The translations under genes and the position numbers were made by a program. Below are positions 54,420-63,475 of a stretch of DNA of 64,000 nt, in pieces. The stretch's first letter is position 1; each line of letters opens with the position of its first letter. The notes under the pieces are model-generated. The model did not search any database, had not been told where the DNA came from, and saw only the letters and a program-made list of their open reading frames with translations. Origin of the DNA: an uncultured Actinomycetes bacterium (lineage in GTDB: Bacteria; Actinomycetota; Thermoleophilia; Gaiellales; Gaiellaceae); assembly GCA_963825805.1 (NCBI GenBank), contig CAWGVE010000044.1, positions 29,131 through 93,130 of the forward strand, in the 5' to 3' direction.

Positions 54420-55871
54420 TCAAACGCCCAGCTCGGCCGTCAGGCGGCCGGACGTCACCGCTGCTTCCAAAGCCCGGTAGTCCCGTTCGTTCTGGTCGGC
54501 GTAGGTCTCGGCGAACGCAGCCATCGCCCGGTCGAAGGCGTCGCCGCCGCCGAGATAGGCGGCGATCGCGATCCGGTCCCCCGAGCGCGCGTGAGCTCTG
54601 GCGAGCGTCCAGCCGCAGACCCTGCCGTAGGCCTCGAGCTCCGGGGGATCCATCGCCTCGACCTCGGCGGAGCCCTTGGAGTTCCAGAGCTGGCGGATGT
54701 AGAAGTCCCGGTCCTGGCCGTCGATCGTCTCGATCCGCTCCCAGCCGAGCATCACGTCGGGCGCGGCCTGCATCGTCCGCTGTCCCTCGACCACGCGCTG
54801 GCCGTGCTGCTCGAACTCGCTCTTACCGAGAAACGGCTCGAGCACGGAGGCCTGCGCCTCCTTGAACTGGAGGAAGAGCGGATCGGCCTTGTCACGGCCG
54901 ATCATGAGCAGGATCCAGGTTCGGGCTCCGACGCTGCCGACACCGACGACCTTGCGGGCCGCGTGCACGTAGCGATAGCTCTCGAGCAGCTGCCTCCGGT
55001 CGCGCGGCAGCGTCTCCTGGTAGGTCTCGATCATGCGCCGTACGACGTCGTCGAGGTGCGCCGCCTCCGCGCCCGGCATGACATCCTCGATCGGGGTCAC
55101 CAGGGGCGGGTCGCCGACGATCCGGAGCTCCCCGTCGACCGTGCGACAGAGCTTGGTGAGCGCTCGCATGCTGTCCTTCGTGTGCACGCCGGCAACCGTC
55201 GACTGAAGCCGCTTCATCTGCTTGCCGGACACCCGCGCGAACTGGTCGCGGATCGAGCCGACGTCGAGGCGCGCATGCCAGACGTCGATGTTCCGCATCG
55301 CGGCGAACCGCGCCATCGCCTCGCGGTACTCGCGCACCGCCGACTTCAAGACGACACGGCGGGTCGGATGGTCGAAGCCGCGATCCCTGCCGGCAACGGC
55401 GAGACTCGCGGCGAGCCGTTTCACGTCCCACTCGAACGGGCCGGGCAGCGTCTCGTCGAAGTCGTTGAGGCTGAAGACGAGCCTCCGGTCCGGCGCGGCG
55501 AAGATGCCGAAGTTCGAGAGGTGCGCATCGCCGCATAGCTGGGCGTAGAGCCCCGTCCGGGGCCCGTCCGCGAGGTCGGCCGCCATGAGGAACGCGGCGC
55601 CGCGGAAGAAGGTGAACGGCGACACCAGCATGCGCCCGTACCGGATCGGGCCGAGCTCGGGAAGGCGCGATTTCGCCTGATCCTCGAGAAGATCGATCGG
55701 ATCCCTGCGCCGCGGCGCCGGCTCCCACGCGGCATGCGCCGAACGGGGCAACTCGGCACGAGCCGCCCTCCCCCTCGCAGCACTTTCAGCAGGGGTGGAG
55801 TGCCGCCCGATTTTCGGCCACGACGACGGCTCGTCCGCAAGCTCCGCGATGTTCTCGTCCACTTGGGTCAC
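54420..55871 (-). CDS. DUF2252-domain protein
   Basis: 483 aa. RYGRMLVSPFTFFRGAA, CGDAHLSNFG and NDFDET are the motifs I associate with DUF2252. Confidence 0.75.
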   Translation of the reverse strand: MTQVDENIAELADEPSSWPKIGRHSTPAESAARGRAARAELPRSAHAAWEPAPRRRDPIDLLEDQAKSRLPELGPIRYGRMLVSPFTFFRGAAFLMAADLADGPRTGLYAQLCGDAHLSNFGIFAAPDRRLVFSLNDFDETLPGPFEWDVKRLAASLAVAGRDRGFDHPTRRVVLKSAVREYREAMARFAAMRNIDVWHARLDVGSIRDQFARVSGKQMKRLQSTVAGVHTKDSMRALTKLCRTVDGELRIVGDPPLVTPIEDVMPGAEAAHLDDVVRRMIETYQETLPRDRRQLLESYRYVHAARKVVGVGSVGARTWILLMIGRDKADPLFLQFKEAQASVLEPFLGKSEFEQHGQRVVEGQRTMQAAPDVMLGWERIETIDGQDRDFYIRQLWNSKGSAEVEAMDPPELEAYGRVCGWTLARAHARSGDRIAIAAYLGGGDAFDRAMAAFAETYADQNERDYRALEAAVTSGRLTAELGV

Positions 55872-55985
55872 AGCTCCGCCCTTTCACCCCCGATTCGGAG
55901 CTTCACGCTACAGCGGTCACGATGGGGTTATTTCGTCCTGACGGGATGAGTGAGGACGCGGTGGGCGGCCGTAGATTCCCGCCGG

Positions 55986-57608
55986 ATGGCATCCGCTGCG
56001 GATGATCCGCAGGGCGGCGCTCCCGACCGCGCTGGTCTCGTTCTCGTCGCCCTGATCCTGGTCGCGGCGGTCGCGAACCTGAACCTGTCGGTGGCGAACG
56101 TCGCGCTGCCCTCGATCGGCAAGCACTTCGACTCGAGCCAGACGACACTCGACCTGATCGCCGTGGGCTACTCGCTCGGGCTCGCCTGCTCGGTGCTCTG
56201 GCTCGGCGCGCTCGGCGACCGCTACGGGCGTAAGACGATGCTCCTGCTCGGCACGCTGCTCGCGGTCCCGTTCTCGCTGCTGGCGGCCTTCGCGTGGACC
56301 GACAGCGTGCTCATCGTCGCCAGGATCGGCGGCGGCCTGGCGGCCGGGATGGCGTACCCGACGACGCTGGCGCTGATCACCGCGCTGTGGTCGGGCCCGG
56401 GCCGCACGAAGTCGATCGCGCTCTGGTCCGGTCTCGGCGGCGCGATCGCGGCGCTCGGGCCGCTCCTTTCCGGCCTTCTGCTCGAGCACTTCTACTGGGG
56501 CTCGGTCTTCCTGCTGACGCTGCCGCTCGCCGTGGTCGCGCTCGCGGTGGCGTGGCTGTACGTGCCCGCGCACGTGAACGAGAGCACGGAAGCGGTCGAC
56601 AACCTTGGCGGGATTCTCTCGCTGGTGCTGGTCGGGGCCCTCATCCTCGCGATCAACTTCGCGCCGGTGCCCAACAAGGGGACGCTGACGGTCGTGCTCG
56701 GGATCGTGGCCGTCGTGGCGTTGCTTCTCTTCCTCTGGCGGCAGCGGCGGGCGCGGAACCCGCTCTACGACCTCGACGTGGCGGCGCGGCCGCCGTTCTG
56801 GGTGGCCGCCTGCGCCGGGATCATCGTCTTCGGCTCGCTGATGGGCGCGATGTTCGTCGGCCAGCAGTTCCTGCAGAACGTCCTCGGCTACTCGACGCTG
56901 CAGGCCGGGCTCGCGATCCTGCCGGCGGCGGCCTGCATGGTCGTCGTGGCGCCGCGCTCGGCGAAGATCGTGGAGGCACGCGGCGCGCGCTTCACCCTCC
57001 TCTTCGGGTACGTGTTCGTGTTCCTCGGCTTCCTCACGATGCTCCTCCTCTGGAAGGACGCGATCTCGTACTGGAAGGTCGGCCTCGCCTATGCGCTCGT
57101 CGGGATCGGGGTCGGGCTCGCCGGCACGCCCGCGTCGCATTCGTTGACCGGCTCGGTGCCTGTGCGGCGGGTCGGCATGGCTTCGGGCACCGCGGACCTC
57201 CAGCGCGACCTCGGCGGGGCGATCATGCAGTCGATCTTCGGCGCGCTCTTGACCGCCGGCTACGCGGCGGCGGCCGGAGCCGAGATCAGTAGCTCGGGCG
57301 CGAACGTCACGCAGAGCGTGCAGAACCAGCTGACGAAGTCGTTCGACGGCGCAGAATCGATCGCCCAGCAGTACCCGAGCCAGGCCGCGCAGATCACCGC
57401 CGCCGCGAAGACCGCGTTCCTTCACGGCGACCAGTGGGCGTACCTGGCGGGCATCCTCGCCGTGCTGCTCGGCGGCGTGATCGTCTTCTTCTGCTTCCCG
57501 AGGATGGAGCGCGAGAAGACGCTTCTCGCCGAGTACCACGCCGCCGACGCCGAGCCGGTGCCCCCACCGGACGTGCCCGCCGGGCCGCCGCAGCCAACTC
57601 CGGTCTAG
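55986..57608 (+). CDS. MFS drug:H+ antiporter, DHA2 (14-TM, EmrB/QacA-like); alternative GTG start at 55950
   Basis: NLNLSVANVALPSI, GALGDRYGRK (motif A) and a 14-TM layout. Confidence 0.85.
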   Translation: MASAADDPQGGAPDRAGLVLVALILVAAVANLNLSVANVALPSIGKHFDSSQTTLDLIAVGYSLGLACSVLWLGALGDRYGRKTMLLLGTLLAVPFSLLAAFAWTDSVLIVARIGGGLAAGMAYPTTLALITALWSGPGRTKSIALWSGLGGAIAALGPLLSGLLLEHFYWGSVFLLTLPLAVVALAVAWLYVPAHVNESTEAVDNLGGILSLVLVGALILAINFAPVPNKGTLTVVLGIVAVVALLLFLWRQRRARNPLYDLDVAARPPFWVAACAGIIVFGSLMGAMFVGQQFLQNVLGYSTLQAGLAILPAAACMVVVAPRSAKIVEARGARFTLLFGYVFVFLGFLTMLLLWKDAISYWKVGLAYALVGIGVGLAGTPASHSLTGSVPVRRVGMASGTADLQRDLGGAIMQSIFGALLTAGYAAAAGAEISSSGANVTQSVQNQLTKSFDGAESIAQQYPSQAAQITAAAKTAFLHGDQWAYLAGILAVLLGGVIVFFCFPRMEREKTLLAEYHAADAEPVPPPDVPAGPPQPTPV

Positions 57609-58426
57609 TGAGCCTGGGCGCGACGTTCTTCTCGCTGAGCAGCTGGGCGCTCGCCCTGATCATCTTCGCGGTGGTCGCGGCCGTGACCGGCGCCGGTGTG
57701 CTGCTGGGCAGGCATCTGCGCGAGCATCACGAGACGCTGCGCGAGCCGTTCGGGGCGGCGCAGGGCGCGCTTCTCGGAGTGGTCGCTCTGATTCTCGCGT
57801 TCGGCCTCACCCTCGCCGTCGGCCGGTACGAGGATCGCCGGGCTGCGGTCGTCGCGGACGCGAACGCAATCGGGACGACGTATCTGCGGGCCCAGCTCCT
57901 GGCCGAGCCGGTCCGGACGCGGTCGCTCGCGCTGCTCCGCGGCTACAACGACCTGGCCCTCCGCCTGTCGCACGAGGTACCGAACAGCCCGGCGATGGAG
58001 CAGACGGCCGCCCAGGAGGACGTCCTGCAGAGGCGACTGTGGAGCCTGGCCGGGCAAGCACTCGACAAGGCCCCGATCGCATCCGGGCCGCGGCTCTACG
58101 TGGATGCGCTGAACACGATGATCGACGAGCAGACCGTCCGCCTCTCGGCGCTCAACAACCGCGTGCCGGGGACGGTTCTCGCGCTCGAGGTGATCGGAGC
58201 TGCGGTCGCCCTGGGGCTGCTCGGTCTCTATCTGTCCGTGCTCGGCCGCGGCGTGTGGCCGATGGTGTTTGCGACGGTGCTCGTGACCATGCTGCTGCTC
58301 GTGACCTTCGACCTCGACCGCCCCACCCGTGGGCTGATCACCATCCCCGACACCCCATACAAGGCGCTACAGGCTTCGATGAAGCTGCCGCCCGCAGCGT
58401 CGAGCGCGGGCACAGCCGCGCCGTGA
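57608..58426 (+). CDS. DUF4239-like membrane protein (paralogue of 53612..54400)
   Basis: GTG 57608 overlaps the MFS stop. Same architecture as the paralogue (LLGVVALILAFGLTLAVGRY...ANAIGTTYLR...VTFDLDRPTRG). Confidence 0.6.
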   Translation: MSLGATFFSLSSWALALIIFAVVAAVTGAGVLLGRHLREHHETLREPFGAAQGALLGVVALILAFGLTLAVGRYEDRRAAVVADANAIGTTYLRAQLLAEPVRTRSLALLRGYNDLALRLSHEVPNSPAMEQTAAQEDVLQRRLWSLAGQALDKAPIASGPRLYVDALNTMIDEQTVRLSALNNRVPGTVLALEVIGAAVALGLLGLYLSVLGRGVWPMVFATVLVTMLLLVTFDLDRPTRGLITIPDTPYKALQASMKLPPAASSAGTAAP

Positions 58427-59091
58427 GCTCACTGATTCCGGAGGTCGCGGCGCTCGGGCTGGCGGTCGCCGTCACGAGCCCCGGCTCGGTGGTCACCGTG
58501 ATCGCGTTGCTGAGCATGTCGAACGGTGTCCGGCGAGCGATCGCGTTCATCGGCGGGTGGATCGTCGGGATCGGGGTGCTTGCTGCCCTGGTGATCTTCG
58601 TGTTCCAGGGCCAGGACTTCGGCTCGAGGGATACGACCCCGTCGCGAGCCGCCTCCGCGATCGAGGTCGTGCTCGGCTTCCTACTCGTCGTCGTCGCGGT
58701 CCGTAGCTACCGCAAGCCGACCCAGCCGGCAAAGAGCCAGTCTCCTCCGAGGTGGCTCGACCGGGTAGACCGCACGAACTGGGCGATCGGAATCGTGATC
58801 GGAGCTTTCATGCTGAGCTACGCGCTCACCATCGCGGCGATGGCCGAGATCCTGAAGGCGAACCTCGGAGCCCTGGATACTGCCGTCGCCTGCCTCGTCT
58901 TCGCGCTCACCTCGATCGTGACGATCAGCGCCCCCGTCGTCGTCGTGCTCGTCGCACCCGAGCGGTCGGCACAGGTCCTGGCCACCTGGAAGGCGTGGCT
59001 GCTCGAGCACGCACGCTCGATCGCGCTGATCCTGCTGATGGTCATCGGGGTGTTTCTCGTCGTCCGCGGCGTGTACGACCTGGCCGCATGA
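58423..59091 (+). CDS. polytopic membrane protein (GAP/LysE-like small transporter fold), function unknown
   Basis: GTG 58423 overlaps the upstream stop (GTGA). ~6 TM segments. Confidence 0.5.
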   Translation: MSSLIPEVAALGLAVAVTSPGSVVTVIALLSMSNGVRRAIAFIGGWIVGIGVLAALVIFVFQGQDFGSRDTTPSRAASAIEVVLGFLLVVVAVRSYRKPTQPAKSQSPPRWLDRVDRTNWAIGIVIGAFMLSYALTIAAMAEILKANLGALDTAVACLVFALTSIVTISAPVVVVLVAPERSAQVLATWKAWLLEHARSIALILLMVIGVFLVVRGVYDLAA

Positions 59092-59174
59092 GAGACGGTA
59101 TGACTCCGACCGTGCTGCCGGCCGTTACGTACCTACCGACGCCGCGTCCGTAGGCGGGGCGGCTCCTCGGACGA

Positions 59175-60852
59175 TCAGCCGGAGCCCGTCAGCACGGCTC
59201 GCTCCCGGTTCTTCGGACTACCGGCCTGGTAGTACGGCGCCGCCCAGTTGGCGCTGCGACCGGCGAGCTGGAGCGGCTTGGCATCGGTTGCCGTCTCCAT
59301 CACGGCGCGGAAGCGGTAGTGGTCGACGAGCTTGATCGCCTCGATCGCGTACTTGGTCGCGATGTCGCGGTCGGCGAAGCAGACGAGGTTGTCGCCGTTT
59401 TGCTTCTCGCCTCCCTTGGCGAGGTTCGAGGAGCCGCCGAAGGCGAGCGGAGTCTCTCCGTTGAAGTCGGTGACGACGAACTTGTGATGAATGACCTGTC
59501 CCGCCCCGCCGCTCCACTCCTCCTTGAACGGCGCAGGTACATGCTTCGAGAGGTACGAGAACGGGATGAAGGTCCCGTCGGCCGGGTCCCCCGACTTCTC
59601 CACGTGCAGCGAGCCGTCGAGCCGCTGGGTCGTGCCGAAGGCGTACAACTCCGGCCGCGAGGGCAGCGCCTTGATCGCGTCGAGCAGCTGTCCGCTGCCA
59701 GAGCCGATCTCCATGATCGCGAACAGCACCGAGCTCTTGGCGTTCGTTACCGCGTCGGCCACCCGCTTCAGCGACACGTCGGGGTCGTGATGCGGGCTCA
59801 AGCAGACCGAGTAGCTCGGGAGGCCGTCGTGGCCGCCGGCGTCGTGCCAGCCGGCTGCGAGCGGGCTCGAGGCGAAACCGTGCGGATCGTCCCAGGACTG
59901 CTGGAACGCCTGCTCGTAGAGCGCGGCGGTCGCTGGGTCGTCGAAGACGAAGATGTTGTTCGACTGGACGTAGAGTCCGCGGACGCTGAAGTTCGCCGAC
60001 CCGCTCAGCACCTTCAGAGCGGTGTCGCCGCGCTTCTGGATCAGGATCTTGTCGTGCGAGAAGCGCTGGAAGTGTCCGACCTTGACCTGCGCGCCCTGGT
60101 CGGTGAGCCAGGCGTGCGCTTTCGGCTCGAGGGCGGTTGCCCCGGCATGCGTGTTTGAGTCGTCGAGGTAGAGGCGCAGCCGCGACCCGAGCTGCCCGAG
60201 CTGCTTGATCACGTCGGGCTCGTCGAGGTCGTAGGCGAAGACGTCGAGTGAACGTGTCGTCGTCGGCGAGCGTCTCCGCGAGGAAGTCGAACACGAGCCT
60301 CCGGGCGTGGAAGCCGAGCCAGTGGTACTGCTTCTCGTAGTCCGTCGTGTCGAAGTCGAAGGGGGGCGGCGACGGCTCGATCGGAGCGTTCTGGAACTCT
60401 TCTGCGTACGCCTGGGAGGAGATGTACCCGCGCGTGAAGCCGAGCAGGAACGGCGTCGGCCCTGTGTGCATCAGATCGACCTCGACCTCCGCGGACGGGC
60501 CCGGCGTGATCGCGGTCTCCGTGCCCGGCTGGAACAGCATCGCGGTGGCCTTGTAGGTGAACGTGCCCGGCTTCACATCCGGCGGGAAGTGCACCCAGTG
60601 GAACTTCTGCAGCGGCGCCTCGCTCGACGGCGTGAACTGACGCTGCTCAGGGGTCGTCGTGCTGGTGATCGCCTGGGCGAAGTTGAGCCGGTTCAGCACC
60701 GGGAACGTGTGGCCGTCCGGGTCGGTGTACTCGACTGCGAAGCCGGCGAGGTCGGCCTGCCGTGCCTCGTCCAGGTCGAAGGCGAGCAGGAGCGCGCCGT
60801 CGCCCCAGTAGGCCGAGAAGGTGAATCCGTCCGAGTGCGCGGATGTCGCCAT
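59175..60852 (-). CDS. phospholipase D-superfamily protein (two HKD motifs) with an N-terminal beta-rich domain; split by an apparent frameshift near 60230-60245
   Basis: The N-terminal ~205 aa lie in ORF 59218..60852. The remainder lies in ORF 59175..60212. HKD-1 is HDKILIQKRGD...SGSANFS (~60056). HKD-2 is HHKFVVTDF...GGSSNLA (~59489). The junction reads ...ADDDTF / LDVFAYDLDEPDVIKQLG. Confidence 0.75.
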
Positions 60853-60853
60853 C

Positions 60854-62293
60854 TCAGGGTTGAGCCGGGGGTAGTCCCTTGCCGCGGAGCTCGCGGGCCG
60901 CGAGCGCGATTCCCACCTGCAGATCGGTCAGGGGGAATGCGCCGCCTGTCGGTGTGCTCGTGAGCGCAGCTTTCACCTGCTCGGCCTTCCGCGTCGCGGC
61001 GTCCTCCACGAGCGTGTCTCGGCTCGGGGCGGGGCGCGGTGTCGTCTCGGTCAGCAGCTCGCCGAGATGGTTGGCCGTGGCGGTGCGCTTCCCCATGTAG
61101 TGCGGATGGCCGGCGTCGAGCCAGGCGAGCAAGCCGAGTTGGCGCGTGTGCGAGCCGCTCTCTAAGTCGCCCTCGCCGCAGAAGCGCTGCAGGATCGTCT
61201 TGATGATCGAGGTGTGGTCGAAGACGGTATGGGCCACGGCCCCGCGGCCTACCCAGGGTGAGACGACGATCGCGGGAACGCGGATGCCGTAGAGCCCGAA
61301 CTGCGCCGGGTCGTCGTCCTCGGCCGGAGGCGGTGGCACGTGGTCGTGGAAACCGCCGTGCTCGTCATAGGCGATGACGAGCAACGTCTTCTCCCAGAGC
61401 GGGCTCGATGCGATCGCGTGGTAGACGGACAGCACGAGTAGTTGCCCGTCGCGCACGTCGGACGGCGGGTGGTCGTCGTTCGAGTCGCCGCCGTAGAGGG
61501 TCGAGTCCTTGAAGTTCGGGTCGATCCAGGAGACCGCGGGCAGCTTGCCCGTCGCTGCGTCCTCGAGGAAGCTCGCGCTTGCCTCGTCGATGAGCGGCAG
61601 CTCTTCCAGCCTGGTCTTCCACGACAGCTTCGTCTTGTCGACGTAGGCGAAGCGGTCCCAATGCGAGAGCCAGTAGTGCTTGTCGACGCAGCGGAGCGTG
61701 CCGGGGTCGTAGGAGTACCAGCGCCAGGACACGTCGTGAGCGTCGAGGTGGCGGACGAAGGAGGGAAGGTCGTACAGCGGCGACTGCCCTGACGGTTTGT
61801 CGTCGCGGGTGCCGTCGGCGCGGCCGGCGATCGCGTAGAGCCGGTTCGGCCAGGTTGCCCCCGGAACGGAGCAGAACCAGCGGTCGCAGACGCAGAACTC
61901 GGCAGCCAGGTGGTCGTAGACGGGCAGGTCCGCGGCGTTGTAATAGCCCATCACGAGGCCGGGATCCCGGTCGGCTGCACCGCGCTGCGCGAGCTTCGCG
62001 GCAAAGCTGTCCACGAAGCCGCTCATCTCCCCGCCGGCGATCTGCACGCTCGTCGCCTCGCCGGAGTGGTCGGGATCCTCGACCGGGAGGAAGGCGGTTC
62101 GGTCGAGGTGGTGGATGGGGTATGAGCGGCCGCCGTAGTCGTTCGCCATCCCTTCCCTCAATCCGTCGACGTCGTCGCGGCCGCTTTCGAGGCTCAGGTA
62201 GCCGAGCATGTGGTCGAAGGAGCGGTTCTCCAGCATCAAGACCACGACGTGCTCGACCTTCGCGAGCGCGTCAGCGGTGTCCGTGCCGCTCAA
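60854..62293 (-). CDS. phosphoesterase-family protein (PLC/AcpA type, PF04185-like); no signal peptide seen
   Basis: HVVVLMLENRSFDHMLGY is the family signature. DPDHS, YDEHGGFHDHVPPP and GIRVPAIVVSPW are also present. Confidence 0.85.
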   Translation of the reverse strand: MSGTDTADALAKVEHVVVLMLENRSFDHMLGYLSLESGRDDVDGLREGMANDYGGRSYPIHHLDRTAFLPVEDPDHSGEATSVQIAGGEMSGFVDSFAAKLAQRGAADRDPGLVMGYYNAADLPVYDHLAAEFCVCDRWFCSVPGATWPNRLYAIAGRADGTRDDKPSGQSPLYDLPSFVRHLDAHDVSWRWYSYDPGTLRCVDKHYWLSHWDRFAYVDKTKLSWKTRLEELPLIDEASASFLEDAATGKLPAVSWIDPNFKDSTLYGGDSNDDHPPSDVRDGQLLVLSVYHAIASSPLWEKTLLVIAYDEHGGFHDHVPPPPAEDDDPAQFGLYGIRVPAIVVSPWVGRGAVAHTVFDHTSIIKTILQRFCGEGDLESGSHTRQLGLLAWLDAGHPHYMGKRTATANHLGELLTETTPRPAPSRDTLVEDAATRKAEQVKAALTSTPTGGAFPLTDLQVGIALAARELRGKGLPPAQP

Positions 62294-63456
62294 CCCTTCA
62301 CGCCCTTCGGCAGGACTGTCGCCTGCGCCTCGACGATGTCTCGGTAGAACGCCTCACGCAGGTGGCCGGACAGCGCCGCGGCCTGGGCCTTCGCTCGAGC
62401 GAGCAGCCCCGCGCCGGTGACGCCGAAGAATCCGATCACGGAGGCGAGGACCGCGACGCCGCGATTGGACGTGTCGGAGCCGAGGGCGTAACCGGCACCC
62501 GCGAGGAGCGCGATCCCGACTCCGGCGAGGGTCGTCTCCAACGGCAACGTCTGCGCCACCCGCCGCGCCTGGCGCAGTCCCATCCGGAACCCGAAGCCGT
62601 GGGCGAACGAAATTGGATCCCGAGAGCCGAGCAGGACTTCGCGCCAGTTCTGCAGCTGCGCGCGGAGCGCCGCCAGCGCGACCTGTGACCGGCTCCGCAC
62701 CTGGTCGCCGGCGACGATCGTGCACCAGCTGCCGAGAGGTCCTCGGACAGCCGGTCCGCTCAGCGGTGCGAGCACGCCTTCGAGCAGCTTCAGGTAGGCG
62801 CAGAGCATCAGCTGGCGGCGCGGCCCCAGGAGGAACTCCCAGCTGCCGGGATCGGGAGGTGACGCCGTCGAAGCGAGGCTGGGCTTCGTCGCGGGGGCGG
62901 GAGCGTCGGGGTTCAACGCCCAGAAGGCGTCGGAGAGGCCGCGCCCGAGCTGGTACGCGGCGAGGAGCTCCGCCGAGACGCCGAGAGCGTCCTGGATCTG
63001 CTCGTCCCAGTAGTAGATCGCCTCCGCCGCCTCATCCCAGGCGCCTGCGACTGCGCTGCCCGGCGGATACGTGTCGGGCCGGGCGGCCGCGGCGCCGTCT
63101 TTCTCCGCCGCGGTGAGGCCGTCCTCGAGCTCGATCGCCAGCGCTTTCATCGTGTCGGACGCGGAGGACTCCTTCCGGTTCGGCAGCGGCCCGTCCACGG
63201 CGAAGCCCTGAGCCAGCTGGCCCACCGCCACGCGCGTCGCGATCTGCTGCTCGACCAGTGAGTGCTCCCCGCCGATCGGCAGCGCGTGGAACCGCTCGCG
63301 GGGGAACTGGTAGTCGACCGTCCCCGGCGGCTCGACGTGGCCGTAACGGAGCCTGCCGCGGAGCTCCGCCATGGACCAGCCCAGGTTCAACGCCGCCCGG
63401 AGACGCTCGAGCTCGGGCGAGGTCGGCACCACGGGAGCGGCTGCGACGGCGACCAT
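62290..63456 (-). CDS. hypothetical helical protein with two C-terminal TM segments
   Basis: ATG 63456 (MVAVAAAP...) is preferred over the track start. The stop overlaps the phosphoesterase ATG (ATGA). TMs: LAGVGIALLAGAGYAL and VAVLASVIGFFGVTGAGLLA. No family recognised. Confidence 0.5.
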   Translation of the reverse strand: MVAVAAAPVVPTSPELERLRAALNLGWSMAELRGRLRYGHVEPPGTVDYQFPRERFHALPIGGEHSLVEQQIATRVAVGQLAQGFAVDGPLPNRKESSASDTMKALAIELEDGLTAAEKDGAAAARPDTYPPGSAVAGAWDEAAEAIYYWDEQIQDALGVSAELLAAYQLGRGLSDAFWALNPDAPAPATKPSLASTASPPDPGSWEFLLGPRRQLMLCAYLKLLEGVLAPLSGPAVRGPLGSWCTIVAGDQVRSRSQVALAALRAQLQNWREVLLGSRDPISFAHGFGFRMGLRQARRVAQTLPLETTLAGVGIALLAGAGYALGSDTSNRGVAVLASVIGFFGVTGAGLLARAKAQAAALSGHLREAFYRDIVEAQATVLPKGVKG

Positions 63457-63475
63457 GGTCCAGCTCCTCCGATTG

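Noticed and set aside
59092-59174. 17-codon ORF (MTPTVLPAVTYLPTPRP) in the convergent spacer before the PLD gene
   Set aside because: It is too short, has no RBS and has no distinctive features, so it is most likely chance.
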